A DNA stretch of 64,000 nucleotides. Origin: a virus. Below, piece by piece: positions 37,701 through 46,997 of the stretch. Made by a program: the position numbers and the translations under genes. The stretch lies in the IMG/VR virus record IMGVR_UViG_3300025108_000016, one strand, 5' to 3'. Position 1 is the stretch's first letter. Every line of letters begins with the position of its first letter. The notes beneath the pieces are model-generated. The model saw only the letters and a list, made by a program, of their open reading frames with translations. It was not told the origin of the DNA and made no database searches.

Positions 37701-40700
37701 ATCAAAATGGATATGCAACCGAGCATACTTATCCACGTCCTGGATCAGATCCTTATGCAGGTCAGTCAATTGCTATTACTGATGTAGGAACCAATTCCCT
37801 AACAGTATCTGGAGCAACTTACACCGCTTCAAATGGTCAAGTTGATATTACTACTTCCGCACCACACGGAATGCAAGAAGGTGATTATATCTTGTTTGAA
37901 GATAACTCACTAACCTTTACGTGTAACCTGGATGGAAATGTAGTCAGTAAAAATTATCCACGTCCTGGTTATGACTATCCTAGTGGAAGATGGTTGCCAA
38001 TTAGCAACATTTCAGCAAGTGGTTTTAGAGTTAATATTGGATCTTCTAGTTATGTTGGAGTACATTCTTTTGTTTCCGCAACAAATAATGGTCTAAAGCA
38101 TCAAGATGGAACATTCACAATTAATGTTGGTAATGCAGGTACTGCGTCAGGATCAAATCATCAGTTTGTAAGTGCAACTGCTCAAGCAATTAAGCATGAA
38201 CCGCAATCTGTTCATACGTTTACTGGTTCAACATCGAATTCAGTAAAACATCTACCTCAATCTGCACATACGTTTGTAAGATCTGCGCCAAACTCTCTAT
38301 CTATTGGTGGTTCTACTCTCAAAATTTATCTCGGAACATCTACTTTCGTACACACGTATGTAAGTGGTGGTGTTGTAACTTACAATTCTCAAAATTATAA
38401 TATTACTAATTTTGTTTACGATAATATTTCTACTGGTGAAGCAACTATTACCCTAGCAAGTCCAGTTGCTGCTTTGTCTGAAGATGCTACCGTTAGAATT
38501 TCAGATTTAGTTGTAGAGTGTGTAGTAGATGGTGTTACTACCCAAAAAACTTATCCAAGTTTCAGCATCCCTGTAAACGATAACAAGTGTCGTAGAGATG
38601 TTGGACATTTCATTAGTGCAATTACTAGAGACCTTGAGTTTGGTAGCAACTATAATGTTATTGATGCAGCGAAAAAATATATTGATGGTACTAACACCCA
38701 GATTGATTTTGTCAATAACGAAATTATTCAGACAGTACGTGCTCTAGAATATGCAAGAGAACTGATCACTTTTGCTATGAGAAAGTGGCGTACTGGAACT
38801 GGAGCTCCTGGTCAAGCAATTTATGTTCCTCAGTATTCTCAACTTGATAGATATTTTGACCCAACAATTATTGATGATATTTCAACTCCTGCTTGTGCTA
38901 ACGTAGCATCTGCTATTGATACACTATCATATCTGTTTATTGATGTTCTTGCTAATAATACCAATGGAACTTATCTAGATGGTGCTTATTTAATTGCTAG
39001 AAATAGAGATTTGATTGCTGATGAAGCATACAAACTAGCAATGATCCAATACCCTTCTCTTGGATTAGGTAACATTGATGAGCGTAAGTGTCGTAGAGAC
39101 ATCAACCATATCATTAGTGCAATTATTAGAGATCTATCACTGGGAGGAAATTTTGGTATTGTCAATGCAGCAGAATTCTATTTCACAGGAAATGCTCTAA
39201 CTGGAATACCTGCATCTGAACTTGCTCCTACAAGGTTTGCATTCGAGAAAGCAAGAGATTTGTGTATCGCAGCAATGCGTAATTGGACAGATGCAGCTGG
39301 TGCTGCAATTGCCACACCTAATTCAGATATTCCTCAATTCACTGATAGTTCAATTCTTGTAGATCCTACTGGTGTACCTTTATGTGCAAACGTTGAAGCA
39401 TCTATCACAACTGCATTCCAACTACTAGATGACATCTTGAGTGGCACTACTTCTCCTGGTGCTACAGTAAGAGATACAGGAACTTTATTTGATACTTCAA
39501 CTATTGCTACTTTCCCTGATAGCATCATTTACGATAGTAAAGGTACAAAACTAACTCCACGTTCTGATTTTGCTGATAATCCTATCATTGAAGCATCTCC
39601 ATACACCCAGAACGCATCTGTTATCTCCTTCCTAGGTGGTGGCGGTGCTGAGGTTGATGGAGACAAGGTTAAGCAACCTAACTGCCCCTTCCCTGGTCTT
39701 GAGTTAGACGGATCAGCATCCTTCCCCAATCAGGGTAAGTCGATGGTTGCATCAGCCTTTACTATCGTTTCTTTCGGTGGTACAGGTTACAAAATTACTA
39801 ATGATGGTTATGTTCAGTTAGTTTCTGTATTCGTTATCTTCTGTGCCGATGGCGTCCTTGCTGAGTCTGGTGGTTATTGTTCAATTACAAACTCTGCTAC
39901 TAACTTTGGTATCTTTGCTCTCCGTGGCATTGGATTTAGAAAAGATGCATATGAATTTGATGTTGGTACAATTAGTAATGTATCTTCCACTCCTACAGGC
40001 AGAACAATCTTCACAGTTTCTGGTTTAGGAAGAGAACCACTTGAGCACTATATTGTTAAAGTTGATGGATTCTCGAACGTAGATCCAGATATTGAATACT
40101 TTATTGATACCGTAGAAGGAGTAACAGTTGGTCCTCCTTTCACTGCTCAACTAACACTTGAGTCTGGTTCTGGTGGTGGCGCGGCTTTGAAAAATGACGC
40201 TACTGATAATGCAGTTTCTGTTGGTACTTTGGTTGGTGAAACAGTAAGACTTCACAGACCATCTATTGTTAACTCGTCTTCACATACGTGGGAATTTGCA
40301 GGATCAGGAACCAACTATAATGCACTGCCAGAGAACGGCGGTACTAAAATTGAAGCATACGAACAAGTTTCTGAAAATTATGGTCGTGTTTATGTTTCTG
40401 GTACTGACGAACTAGGAGACTTTAAAGTTGGTACATTTGCGAGAATTGAAAACAGAACTGGTAATATTACCTTCACGGGTACTGTTACAATTTCGGAAGT
40501 TGAATTCTTGAAACTAAAAGGTGGCGACGTTGTTGTTACTGGTTTCGACGCATCCAATACACTTGGTGGTGCAAATACTACTAACTCTAAACTGCCAACA
40601 CAGAAAGCAGTTAAAGATTACATCACCAATAACCTCGGTCCATATCTAAACAAACCATATTCAACTAACCCTGTTCCTAGAGCACTGGTTGAACTTACTG

Positions 40701-43700
40701 ATTCTGGTAAGATCTCAGAAGATCAGATCCCACCTCTTCGTCCTTTCCAAGTATTTACAGTTGCAAACCAATCAGAAAGAGTTGCTATTGAAGGAGCACT
40801 TGCTGGTGACATCGCAATCCAACAGGATACTAACTCTTCATTCATTCTAAACAATGATAATGATAGTTTGTTTGTATCGTTCCCAATTGATTCCAGTCTT
40901 CAGTTCACCATTGGTGACATCTTTACTGGTAGTAATTCAGGCGGTAAAATTCAATCAACTGAATATAGAGAAGGTGTTGTTTATCAAATCAGTATTACTG
41001 ATAATGGTTCTGGTTACGTTACTCCTCCTGTTGTAACTATCTCTGGTGGTAATCCTCAAGCAGGTGCTGTTTCAGCATTTGCTACTTGTTCGATTGCAAA
41101 TGGTCAAGTTGTCCTAGTTGAGATTCAACTATTCAATAACTTTATTGGTGGTAAAGGATACACTACTCCTCCTACAGTTACGTTCTCTCCTCCAGCAGGT
41201 TCTGGAACGCAAGCAGCTGGTTCTGCTATAATTGAGTCCAGACTCTATGGTGATATCGTCAACAATATCAAGATAGAAGATACAGATGATATTGAATCTA
41301 GTGATGTTCCTTCCGAGACTATTGCTATTACCCGTGTTATTAATACTTCTGCGAGTGATAGTAATAACTGGGTATCTCTATCTTCCAATCAAATTGCTGC
41401 TAATGACATTACATCTGGTGTTATTTCTACAGCAAGACTAGCATTTACTTCAGATGCTGCAAACTCCTTCACATTCCTTAGAGGAGATCAGTCATATAAT
41501 CCTGTTATTCAATCACTTAAAGGTGCTGAGACTAGATATTTTGCTAAGATTACTTCACAAGCAAACAGCAGTTCTTCGCAATTAGTTTTTGCTACTAATG
41601 CTGATGTACTTCTTGGTCATGAAGTTGTAGCAAACATTAATGGTATTCAACCTAATACTAATATCTCTGGTATTCTTACTGCTGCTGGAACAACTACAGT
41701 TTCAATTGATAATCCACTAACAGCTACAATTCCAGTCAACACAGTTATTGAATTTGAGCGTGGTTCATCTCCACTAACATTTGAATCATCACTTACTCAA
41801 GGAGACTTTATCGAATCCGTTGTTATTGCAGCGGGTGGATCTGGATTTACTGATGGTCAATACTTTGATATAGAACTAGATGGTGGATCTGGTACAGGAC
41901 TCAAAGCAAATATTATTGTAAGTGGTGGTACAGTTTCAGATCTAACACTTACTTCTACTGGTGTTGGATTCCTAAATGACTTCACAGTCAGTTCTGCTCC
42001 AGGAGCTATTGGTTCTGGTACTGGTTTAGTTCTACTTGCAAAACTCAGTACAGTTAATAAGCAATTTGCAAACGTTGCTGTTGATATCTCTAGAGTTTCT
42101 GATCTAACTATTTCTGCTGACGAATACGGAACAATTGGTGTTGCTAGATTCTATAAAGATCAATTTAAAATTGGTCTTGCTGGTAATGGTTCTATTCAAC
42201 TTAAGACTGGAGCAGACTCTGGTCTTGATGCTGACCTTCTCGATGGTGTTCAAGGATCTTTCTACCTTAATGCAGGTAATCTAAACGCAGGTGTTCTGCC
42301 CGTTGATAGATTATCTGGTACTTATAATATTAATATTGCTAACCAGTCTGGTAGTACATTAAGACTCAAGTCTTCTACAAGTAACCCAGCATCGAATCCA
42401 AATCCTGATTCGTTTAACGTTGGTATTATTGCAGATACTAGAAATAATGCTGCTGATGGTCTAGCAGATGGTGGCACACGCCACGTTACATTGACTATCA
42501 GAAATGGTGGATCTGGTTTTGATGCAACATTTGGTGGTGTAAGACAACTTGCATTCACTGATAACGATAATATGTATCTTAGAGGTTCTGGTTCTACACT
42601 AGCAACCTTTAGTACATGGGCAAAGATCTGGTCTTCTCAGAATGATGGCGTCAACTCTGGACTTGATGCTGATAAACTTGATGGTCGTCAAGGAACTTTC
42701 TATCAGAATGCTATCAATACAAATGAAGGTATATTCAGTGATCTTAGAATGCCTTCTCACCAAACACAGAAGGACTTCCAAGATAGAGTTAGAATTCTTG
42801 ATTGGACAGGTCAACCAAGATATAAAATTCTTGTTAGAGATGAACTACTAACTGCATCCCCATTCTTAGTTGGTTTGCCAGTTAACTTGTATGATGCTCA
42901 AGGTCTTGCTCCTGGTCGTATTTCAATTACTGATATTGCCATCAACCAAGATGCCAATGATCCTTCTAATAATTTCACTCTAATTACAGGTACACTAACA
43001 ACAGGTAACTTTATTGGAGCGATTGCAATTGGTGATACCGCAATCAACTATCCTTTCCAAGATTTTAGTATTGCGGACCTAGACGCTAATGCAGATGGAC
43101 TACCCGATGGTACATTTGAAGTTGGAGGACTTGAAAGTACTGGTGGTAATGCCAGATTGAAACTTGGTAGAAACGATGGTATCTCTGCTTCAGATCCTTC
43201 CGTCTACTTCAGATCTTCTCTCCAACCATCAACTAACTACAGCTCCGCAATCATTGCTACTGGTGGTAATTCTACTGATGGTTCTGGTTCTCTGGAATTC
43301 AAAGTAGCAAATGTAAATCAGTTAACTATACTAGGTAACATTCTTTGGAATGAAGGTAACGTAGTATTCAACTCCTCTAATGTATTATCAACAACATCAC
43401 TGAAGTCTGCAGTATCAAGAGACACCAGTGGAAACTTTAGTGCTGGAACAATCACTGCTTCTCTAACTGGTGCTGCTTCGCTTAACGTTCTTAAGGCAGG
43501 CGATACAATGTCAGGTCTGCTCACCATCGGTGGAGTAGCGGCAGGAAGTCAAGCATTGAGCGTATCTGGCAGAGGAGATTTCTTAAGCAATATTACAGTT
43601 GCTGCTGACCTAACAGTCAACACTAACACATTGCACGTTGATGCTACAGATGATACAGTAAGCATTGGTACAACTACTTCTGATTCTGCAGTAAAACTTC

Positions 43701-44734
43701 TGATTGTAGAAGATGGAGATCAAGATGTTGTCCTGAGAATGTACTCATCCTACAACGTTGGTGGTGGTCCAAATCAACGCGATTCAATAATTCAATTGCT
43801 GGGTCAGGATGGCACTACTGATGAAGGTCTTGAACTGAAGTATGACAACTCTGTTGGTGATGTATACTTTAAACAACTATACAATTCGCTGACAACACAA
43901 GTTGCAATGCATTTCAGCACTGGTGCATTTACTGACGCTCTAACGATTACTGGTAACGGCAATCTGGGTGTACAGATGACTGCCAACGATGCCTATGAGT
44001 TGGATGTAAATGGATCAGCAAGAGTTAAGACAGCAGTTCAAGTTGGTCGTGCAGATAGTAATGCTGGTGCTCCTGTAATTTACGCAGGTGCAACTGGTGC
44101 ATCTTCTGGAACTCCTGGTAACTATCTAAGTAACTTCCGTGTTGGTAATCAACTACTACAATCAGATACTTTTGAAATCACACCTAGTGATGGTGCCGTT
44201 GCAGGAGGTTTAACTTGGAAGAGTACACCAGCACTTGCAATCCAAGGTTCTGAGAACAGAGTTGCAATCAACACTCTCCTATTTGGTGGTACTGATACTA
44301 CAGTAGATCCACAGGTCCAGAGAGAATATCAACTGAACATCCAAGGCGATATCAACATCAATGGTCTGGTCTTCCAGAACAACGCTGAGTTCGTTACTTC
44401 CAGATGGACAGAATCTGCAAATGAACTGGATATCTACAGAGAGTCTAAGGTATGGATTAACCCAGATTCCTCTGTTAATGGATTTACTGGTGACCCAGAT
44501 TATGATCTACAAATTGGTGGTGGTGGTAATGATGGACACCTTGGACTAAATGGTGTCATGTATATTAGAGACACCCCCCAATGGATTGACACCACAGGCA
44601 TCATCAAAAACTCTGCTAACACATTGGCAGAAGATGTAACTATTCCTGCAAATGCTAACGCAATGTCCATTGGTCCGATTACAATTCAACCAGGCGTTGT
44701 AGTTGATGTCGTAGGTAACTGGGTAATTATGTGA
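34712..44734 (+). CDS. Long tail fibre / receptor-binding protein (3340 aa)
   Basis: Late promoter CTAAATA at 34666-34672; STKIATTEYV, beta-helix entry YVS...GSD.NDG....P.RTIKKA, two SGLDAD.LDG motifs, internal repeats, C-terminal NAMSIGPITI motif. Confidence 0.85.
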   Translation: MSFQLNSDRETIRAIAPTLIGSQELSIRAGSGSDEKEVLRTLLDPGTDLPRVGINRTGNRIDRVVVNLGGTGYTIQPTVNIAPPPAGGTQAVGSAIIDEGFVTAVLIDNPGKGYITAPAVTITGGNGTGAQVEAFLDTVDFELDINGAIRTSTSIISDTARILNLDIDNFITPDAKFRAPDLKTYMNNTGIPWTAQTIVQKDAYRYRGPNVYQALNAGETGTVPPLHKDGIETNNEVQFKHIGFRVTDPSAFQYNETGESGEFPRSITPLLGDRSTKIATTEYVLNLATNDVGGRIYVSAQIGSDLNDGRSAVAPVRTIKKAAQLAWATPGVKETLIVSGGDYVEDNPISLPPDASVVGDNLRLVIIRPANPRKHIFKFGDKNYVIGVTYRDQVDSTGDAVATWDFAMVFDDKQRINYDYTANGDFGTSFPIGTQIFGPEKFRADFQTNTGLANLTSNLAVKGINTGAEGIINEVNFGSIVGPQAYISGKLDFSVTSGAFTAGETFLFGGTGSIKWTPNTSYTIGQLVWATDNVYQVAVAGTSAASSPIHTTGTVATGPDTLELTFLRDAYEFVSTDIRSIRAEGEVVFEDTNITDALPLVRIDFSKQGTAEVSTGGFQDPNVVEDNGGIIFYTNALVGRQNTHDFKEGDEIVIEGMPTSSPDLSFLNGKQRIYKVLEDADGRSRRFVIPKKTTITTTDNFDPGQFSSVKRYGKSITISLLNSPNRFPMATPVARRFQDACLQIRNNVEFIADEVVGKVNDQFKKEYYSVYEIGGTPDSTLTPTDVDYDPATGIATFTVTSHGLSIGDGVRITDDSITQTCAMDGNRTEHTSPNSHHYSSGKTLPIRSSGFTTDQFELFVGISGPDQQFTPTDVTYDPATGNVNLTIGAHTLSVGEGIVIDDNSLSFTCDMDGDQSVKSYPRPGIDPFASRSIPITEVSETSITINAGISGPNKYFQPSAVNYNAATGDMTVTVGQHGLGVGRNVVLEDNSFTFTCDQNGYATEHTYPRPGSDPYAGQSIAITDVGTNSLTVSGATYTASNGQVDITTSAPHGMQEGDYILFEDNSLTFTCNLDGNVVSKNYPRPGYDYPSGRWLPISNISASGFRVNIGSSSYVGVHSFVSATNNGLKHQDGTFTINVGNAGTASGSNHQFVSATAQAIKHEPQSVHTFTGSTSNSVKHLPQSAHTFVRSAPNSLSIGGSTLKIYLGTSTFVHTYVSGGVVTYNSQNYNITNFVYDNISTGEATITLASPVAALSEDATVRISDLVVECVVDGVTTQKTYPSFSIPVNDNKCRRDVGHFISAITRDLEFGSNYNVIDAAKKYIDGTNTQIDFVNNEIIQTVRALEYARELITFAMRKWRTGTGAPGQAIYVPQYSQLDRYFDPTIIDDISTPACANVASAIDTLSYLFIDVLANNTNGTYLDGAYLIARNRDLIADEAYKLAMIQYPSLGLGNIDERKCRRDINHIISAIIRDLSLGGNFGIVNAAEFYFTGNALTGIPASELAPTRFAFEKARDLCIAAMRNWTDAAGAAIATPNSDIPQFTDSSILVDPTGVPLCANVEASITTAFQLLDDILSGTTSPGATVRDTGTLFDTSTIATFPDSIIYDSKGTKLTPRSDFADNPIIEASPYTQNASVISFLGGGGAEVDGDKVKQPNCPFPGLELDGSASFPNQGKSMVASAFTIVSFGGTGYKITNDGYVQLVSVFVIFCADGVLAESGGYCSITNSATNFGIFALRGIGFRKDAYEFDVGTISNVSSTPTGRTIFTVSGLGREPLEHYIVKVDGFSNVDPDIEYFIDTVEGVTVGPPFTAQLTLESGSGGGAALKNDATDNAVSVGTLVGETVRLHRPSIVNSSSHTWEFAGSGTNYNALPENGGTKIEAYEQVSENYGRVYVSGTDELGDFKVGTFARIENRTGNITFTGTVTISEVEFLKLKGGDVVVTGFDASNTLGGANTTNSKLPTQKAVKDYITNNLGPYLNKPYSTNPVPRALVELTDSGKISEDQIPPLRPFQVFTVANQSERVAIEGALAGDIAIQQDTNSSFILNNDNDSLFVSFPIDSSLQFTIGDIFTGSNSGGKIQSTEYREGVVYQISITDNGSGYVTPPVVTISGGNPQAGAVSAFATCSIANGQVVLVEIQLFNNFIGGKGYTTPPTVTFSPPAGSGTQAAGSAIIESRLYGDIVNNIKIEDTDDIESSDVPSETIAITRVINTSASDSNNWVSLSSNQIAANDITSGVISTARLAFTSDAANSFTFLRGDQSYNPVIQSLKGAETRYFAKITSQANSSSSQLVFATNADVLLGHEVVANINGIQPNTNISGILTAAGTTTVSIDNPLTATIPVNTVIEFERGSSPLTFESSLTQGDFIESVVIAAGGSGFTDGQYFDIELDGGSGTGLKANIIVSGGTVSDLTLTSTGVGFLNDFTVSSAPGAIGSGTGLVLLAKLSTVNKQFANVAVDISRVSDLTISADEYGTIGVARFYKDQFKIGLAGNGSIQLKTGADSGLDADLLDGVQGSFYLNAGNLNAGVLPVDRLSGTYNINIANQSGSTLRLKSSTSNPASNPNPDSFNVGIIADTRNNAADGLADGGTRHVTLTIRNGGSGFDATFGGVRQLAFTDNDNMYLRGSGSTLATFSTWAKIWSSQNDGVNSGLDADKLDGRQGTFYQNAINTNEGIFSDLRMPSHQTQKDFQDRVRILDWTGQPRYKILVRDELLTASPFLVGLPVNLYDAQGLAPGRISITDIAINQDANDPSNNFTLITGTLTTGNFIGAIAIGDTAINYPFQDFSIADLDANADGLPDGTFEVGGLESTGGNARLKLGRNDGISASDPSVYFRSSLQPSTNYSSAIIATGGNSTDGSGSLEFKVANVNQLTILGNILWNEGNVVFNSSNVLSTTSLKSAVSRDTSGNFSAGTITASLTGAASLNVLKAGDTMSGLLTIGGVAAGSQALSVSGRGDFLSNITVAADLTVNTNTLHVDATDDTVSIGTTTSDSAVKLLIVEDGDQDVVLRMYSSYNVGGGPNQRDSIIQLLGQDGTTDEGLELKYDNSVGDVYFKQLYNSLTTQVAMHFSTGAFTDALTITGNGNLGVQMTANDAYELDVNGSARVKTAVQVGRADSNAGAPVIYAGATGASSGTPGNYLSNFRVGNQLLQSDTFEITPSDGAVAGGLTWKSTPALAIQGSENRVAINTLLFGGTDTTVDPQVQREYQLNIQGDININGLVFQNNAEFVTSRWTESANELDIYRESKVWINPDSSVNGFTGDPDYDLQIGGGGNDGHLGLNGVMYIRDTPQWIDTTGIIKNSANTLAEDVTIPANANAMSIGPITIQPGVVVDVVGNWVIM

Positions 44735-44740
44735 TAAATA
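44734..44740 (+). promoter_or_regulatory. Late promoter ATAAATA heading the Gly-rich/enzyme cassette
   Basis: Overlaps the fibre stop codon (TGATAAATA). Confidence 0.75.
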
Positions 44741-44773
44741 GATAAAGCAAAGAACTTATAAGCAGATTGAAAT

Positions 44774-45832
44774 ATGTCTAGTCTAAACGTAGGAACTGTA
44801 ACTCTGTCTAACGGACTGACACTTCCTTCATATACATCAAGTCCAGATAACCGACCATCACATAGTGCTGGCAGGACTATCTATGATTCGACTTCGGATA
44901 CTATTCAAATATCCGATGGATCACAATGGATTAGTGCGGGTTCTGCAGGTAGTGGTTTGATTACTGCTACTGGTGGTGAGATTACATTCTCTGGTGGATA
45001 TAAAGTTCACACATGGTACAATGTTGGAGAGTATAATTTTAATGTAACGGGAGCTGCTGGTGGTGCTACTGCCGAAGTTCTTGTGGCAGCAGGTGGTGGT
45101 TGTGGCGGAACTATTGGTGGAGGAGGCGGCGGCGGTGGCGTTTGCTACCACGGATCTTATCCAATCACAGTTGGTTCTTATGATGTAAAAGTGGGAGCAG
45201 GTGGACAGACACCTCTAGCTGGACATCCTGCCAACAAAGGAACTAGTGGATCTCCTTCTAAGTTTGGAACGCATACTGCATTTGGTGGTGGTTCTGCTGG
45301 ATCATGGGGTCCTAATGCTAGAGAAACTGGAGAACCAGGTGGTTCTGGTGGCGGCGCATCTGGTCCTGGTCCTAGACAACCACAAAGAGGAGAAGCAACT
45401 CAAGGTACTGCTCCTGGTGGTGGTGTTACTCACGGAAATCCTGGTTATAGAAACGGCAATAATGTTTCTGGAACACACTCTGGTACTCATACTGGCGGTG
45501 GCGGCGGTGGTGCTAACCCCAACAACACAGTTAATGGAAGAGTTGGAGGTGATGGAATCACTTATATGGGACTAACTGTTGGTGGTGGAGGTGGCGGAGG
45601 AAGTCACGAAAACTATGGTAATGCTCCAATCACAACTCCTGCTGCTCCTGGTGGCGGTGGTCGTGGTGGATCTAGATCATCGCAATATGCAGGTGGCGGT
45701 GGACAAGGTTGGGGTGAACCAGGACAAGTTAACACTGGTGGTGGCGGCGGAGGCGGCTGGTATAATGGTGGTGGTAATGGTCAAGGAGCTGCTGGTGGTC
45801 CTGGCATCGTTCGTGTTCGTCATACAATCTAA
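44774..45832 (+). CDS. Glycine-rich (polyglycine-II-type) putative fibre tip adhesin
   Basis: ATGG......YKVHTW, VLVAAGGG.GG...GGGGGGG, NTGGGGGGG and GGPGIVRVR glycine-rich domain pattern. Confidence 0.8.
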   Translation: MSSLNVGTVTLSNGLTLPSYTSSPDNRPSHSAGRTIYDSTSDTIQISDGSQWISAGSAGSGLITATGGEITFSGGYKVHTWYNVGEYNFNVTGAAGGATAEVLVAAGGGCGGTIGGGGGGGGVCYHGSYPITVGSYDVKVGAGGQTPLAGHPANKGTSGSPSKFGTHTAFGGGSAGSWGPNARETGEPGGSGGGASGPGPRQPQRGEATQGTAPGGGVTHGNPGYRNGNNVSGTHSGTHTGGGGGGANPNNTVNGRVGGDGITYMGLTVGGGGGGGSHENYGNAPITTPAAPGGGGRGGSRSSQYAGGGGQGWGEPGQVNTGGGGGGGWYNGGGNGQGAAGGPGIVRVRHTI

Positions 45833-45835
45833 TAT

Positions 45836-46333
45836 ATGTTTTACAATGTAGAGGAAAATTTCCTCAATAGTGAAGAGTTTGAACAACTAACTAAACAAAC
45901 AATAAACAATCCTTATTTCCCGTTGTATTTGAAGCACCGAGTAGCGTCGGCGTCTTCAGACGACGGGATTTATTTTACTCACAATTTTTTCTTTGCTGGT
46001 GAGGTGTGCAGTGATTACTACGAGCATCTTTCTCCTATTATAGAAAAAATTAAAACTGAAAAATTGTTAAGAGTTCAATTAAATTTATTTCCCAAAACTA
46101 CTGAGATCGTGCGCCACGACTGGCATACAGATATGCTCTGGGATCATAGAGGTTGTATAGTCTACCTAAATACTAATGATGGGTCAACGTTATTAAAAGA
46201 AGATGATGAGAATGCTGTAGGCATTCGTTCTATATCAAACAGAGCATTATTTTTCAATCCAGCAAAACCTCATTGTAGTACGACATGCACTGATTCTGAA
46301 TTCAGAAGCAACATTATTTTTAACTATGAGTGA
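45836..46333 (+). CDS. 2OG-Fe(II) oxygenase
   Basis: WHTD, IVYLNTNDGST, NRALFF...HCSTTCTD..R facial-triad pattern. Confidence 0.85.
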   Translation: MFYNVEENFLNSEEFEQLTKQTINNPYFPLYLKHRVASASSDDGIYFTHNFFFAGEVCSDYYEHLSPIIEKIKTEKLLRVQLNLFPKTTEIVRHDWHTDMLWDHRGCIVYLNTNDGSTLLKEDDENAVGIRSISNRALFFNPAKPHCSTTCTDSEFRSNIIFNYE

Positions 46334-46997
46334 ATTATATAATGTGTTTTCTATACCAGTATGGAAAACAAAAATAACTAAAAATGATTATGATAAAGAT
46401 CTCATTCTTAATGAGATGTTGTACAATTTTAATGTAGATCCCAAAAGAAATACTTGGGATAAGGTGATGCCAACTACTATGAAGAGTAACTGGCATCACT
46501 CCAATAATGATGAGGCAGACAAAAAATTTAAATCTATCAGTTACGAAGACTCTGGATTGACTTCTGTTATAGACTCGAAGGTTAGAGAATTTGTTTCTCA
46601 CCTTGGATTAAATTCCAGCATCAATTATTTTTTTCAAATAACTAATTACACAGTATCTACAGAAGGTTACTTCCTCACCAGTCATGGTCATGGTTGCGAC
46701 TCTTTTAGTTCTGTGTTATTTGTACAATTTGATAAATTTAATCACCCTTCTACGTGCTTTAACAATCCATTTAGTTCATCAGATCAAACTAGGTGGTTAC
46801 AGAAAGATCTATATAATTCGTTTGATAATAAGAATCCATTTTTTAGTTACATGCAAGATACATGGTCAATTGATACCGAAGAAGATGATTATATGATTTT
46901 TCCAGGACACGTCAAACACGAAGTTCCTACCGTAGGAAAATCAAACAAAGAACGAGTAACTATTTCATGCAATATTAAGGTGTACAAAAATGTCTAA
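46326..46997 (+). CDS. Putative 2OG-Fe(II) oxygenase (HxH, TIGR02466-like)
   Basis: FSIPVWK, HGH...FSSVLF, IFPGHVKHEV, RVTISCN. Confidence 0.8.
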   Translation: MSELYNVFSIPVWKTKITKNDYDKDLILNEMLYNFNVDPKRNTWDKVMPTTMKSNWHHSNNDEADKKFKSISYEDSGLTSVIDSKVREFVSHLGLNSSINYFFQITNYTVSTEGYFLTSHGHGCDSFSSVLFVQFDKFNHPSTCFNNPFSSSDQTRWLQKDLYNSFDNKNPFFSYMQDTWSIDTEEDDYMIFPGHVKHEVPTVGKSNKERVTISCNIKVYKNV

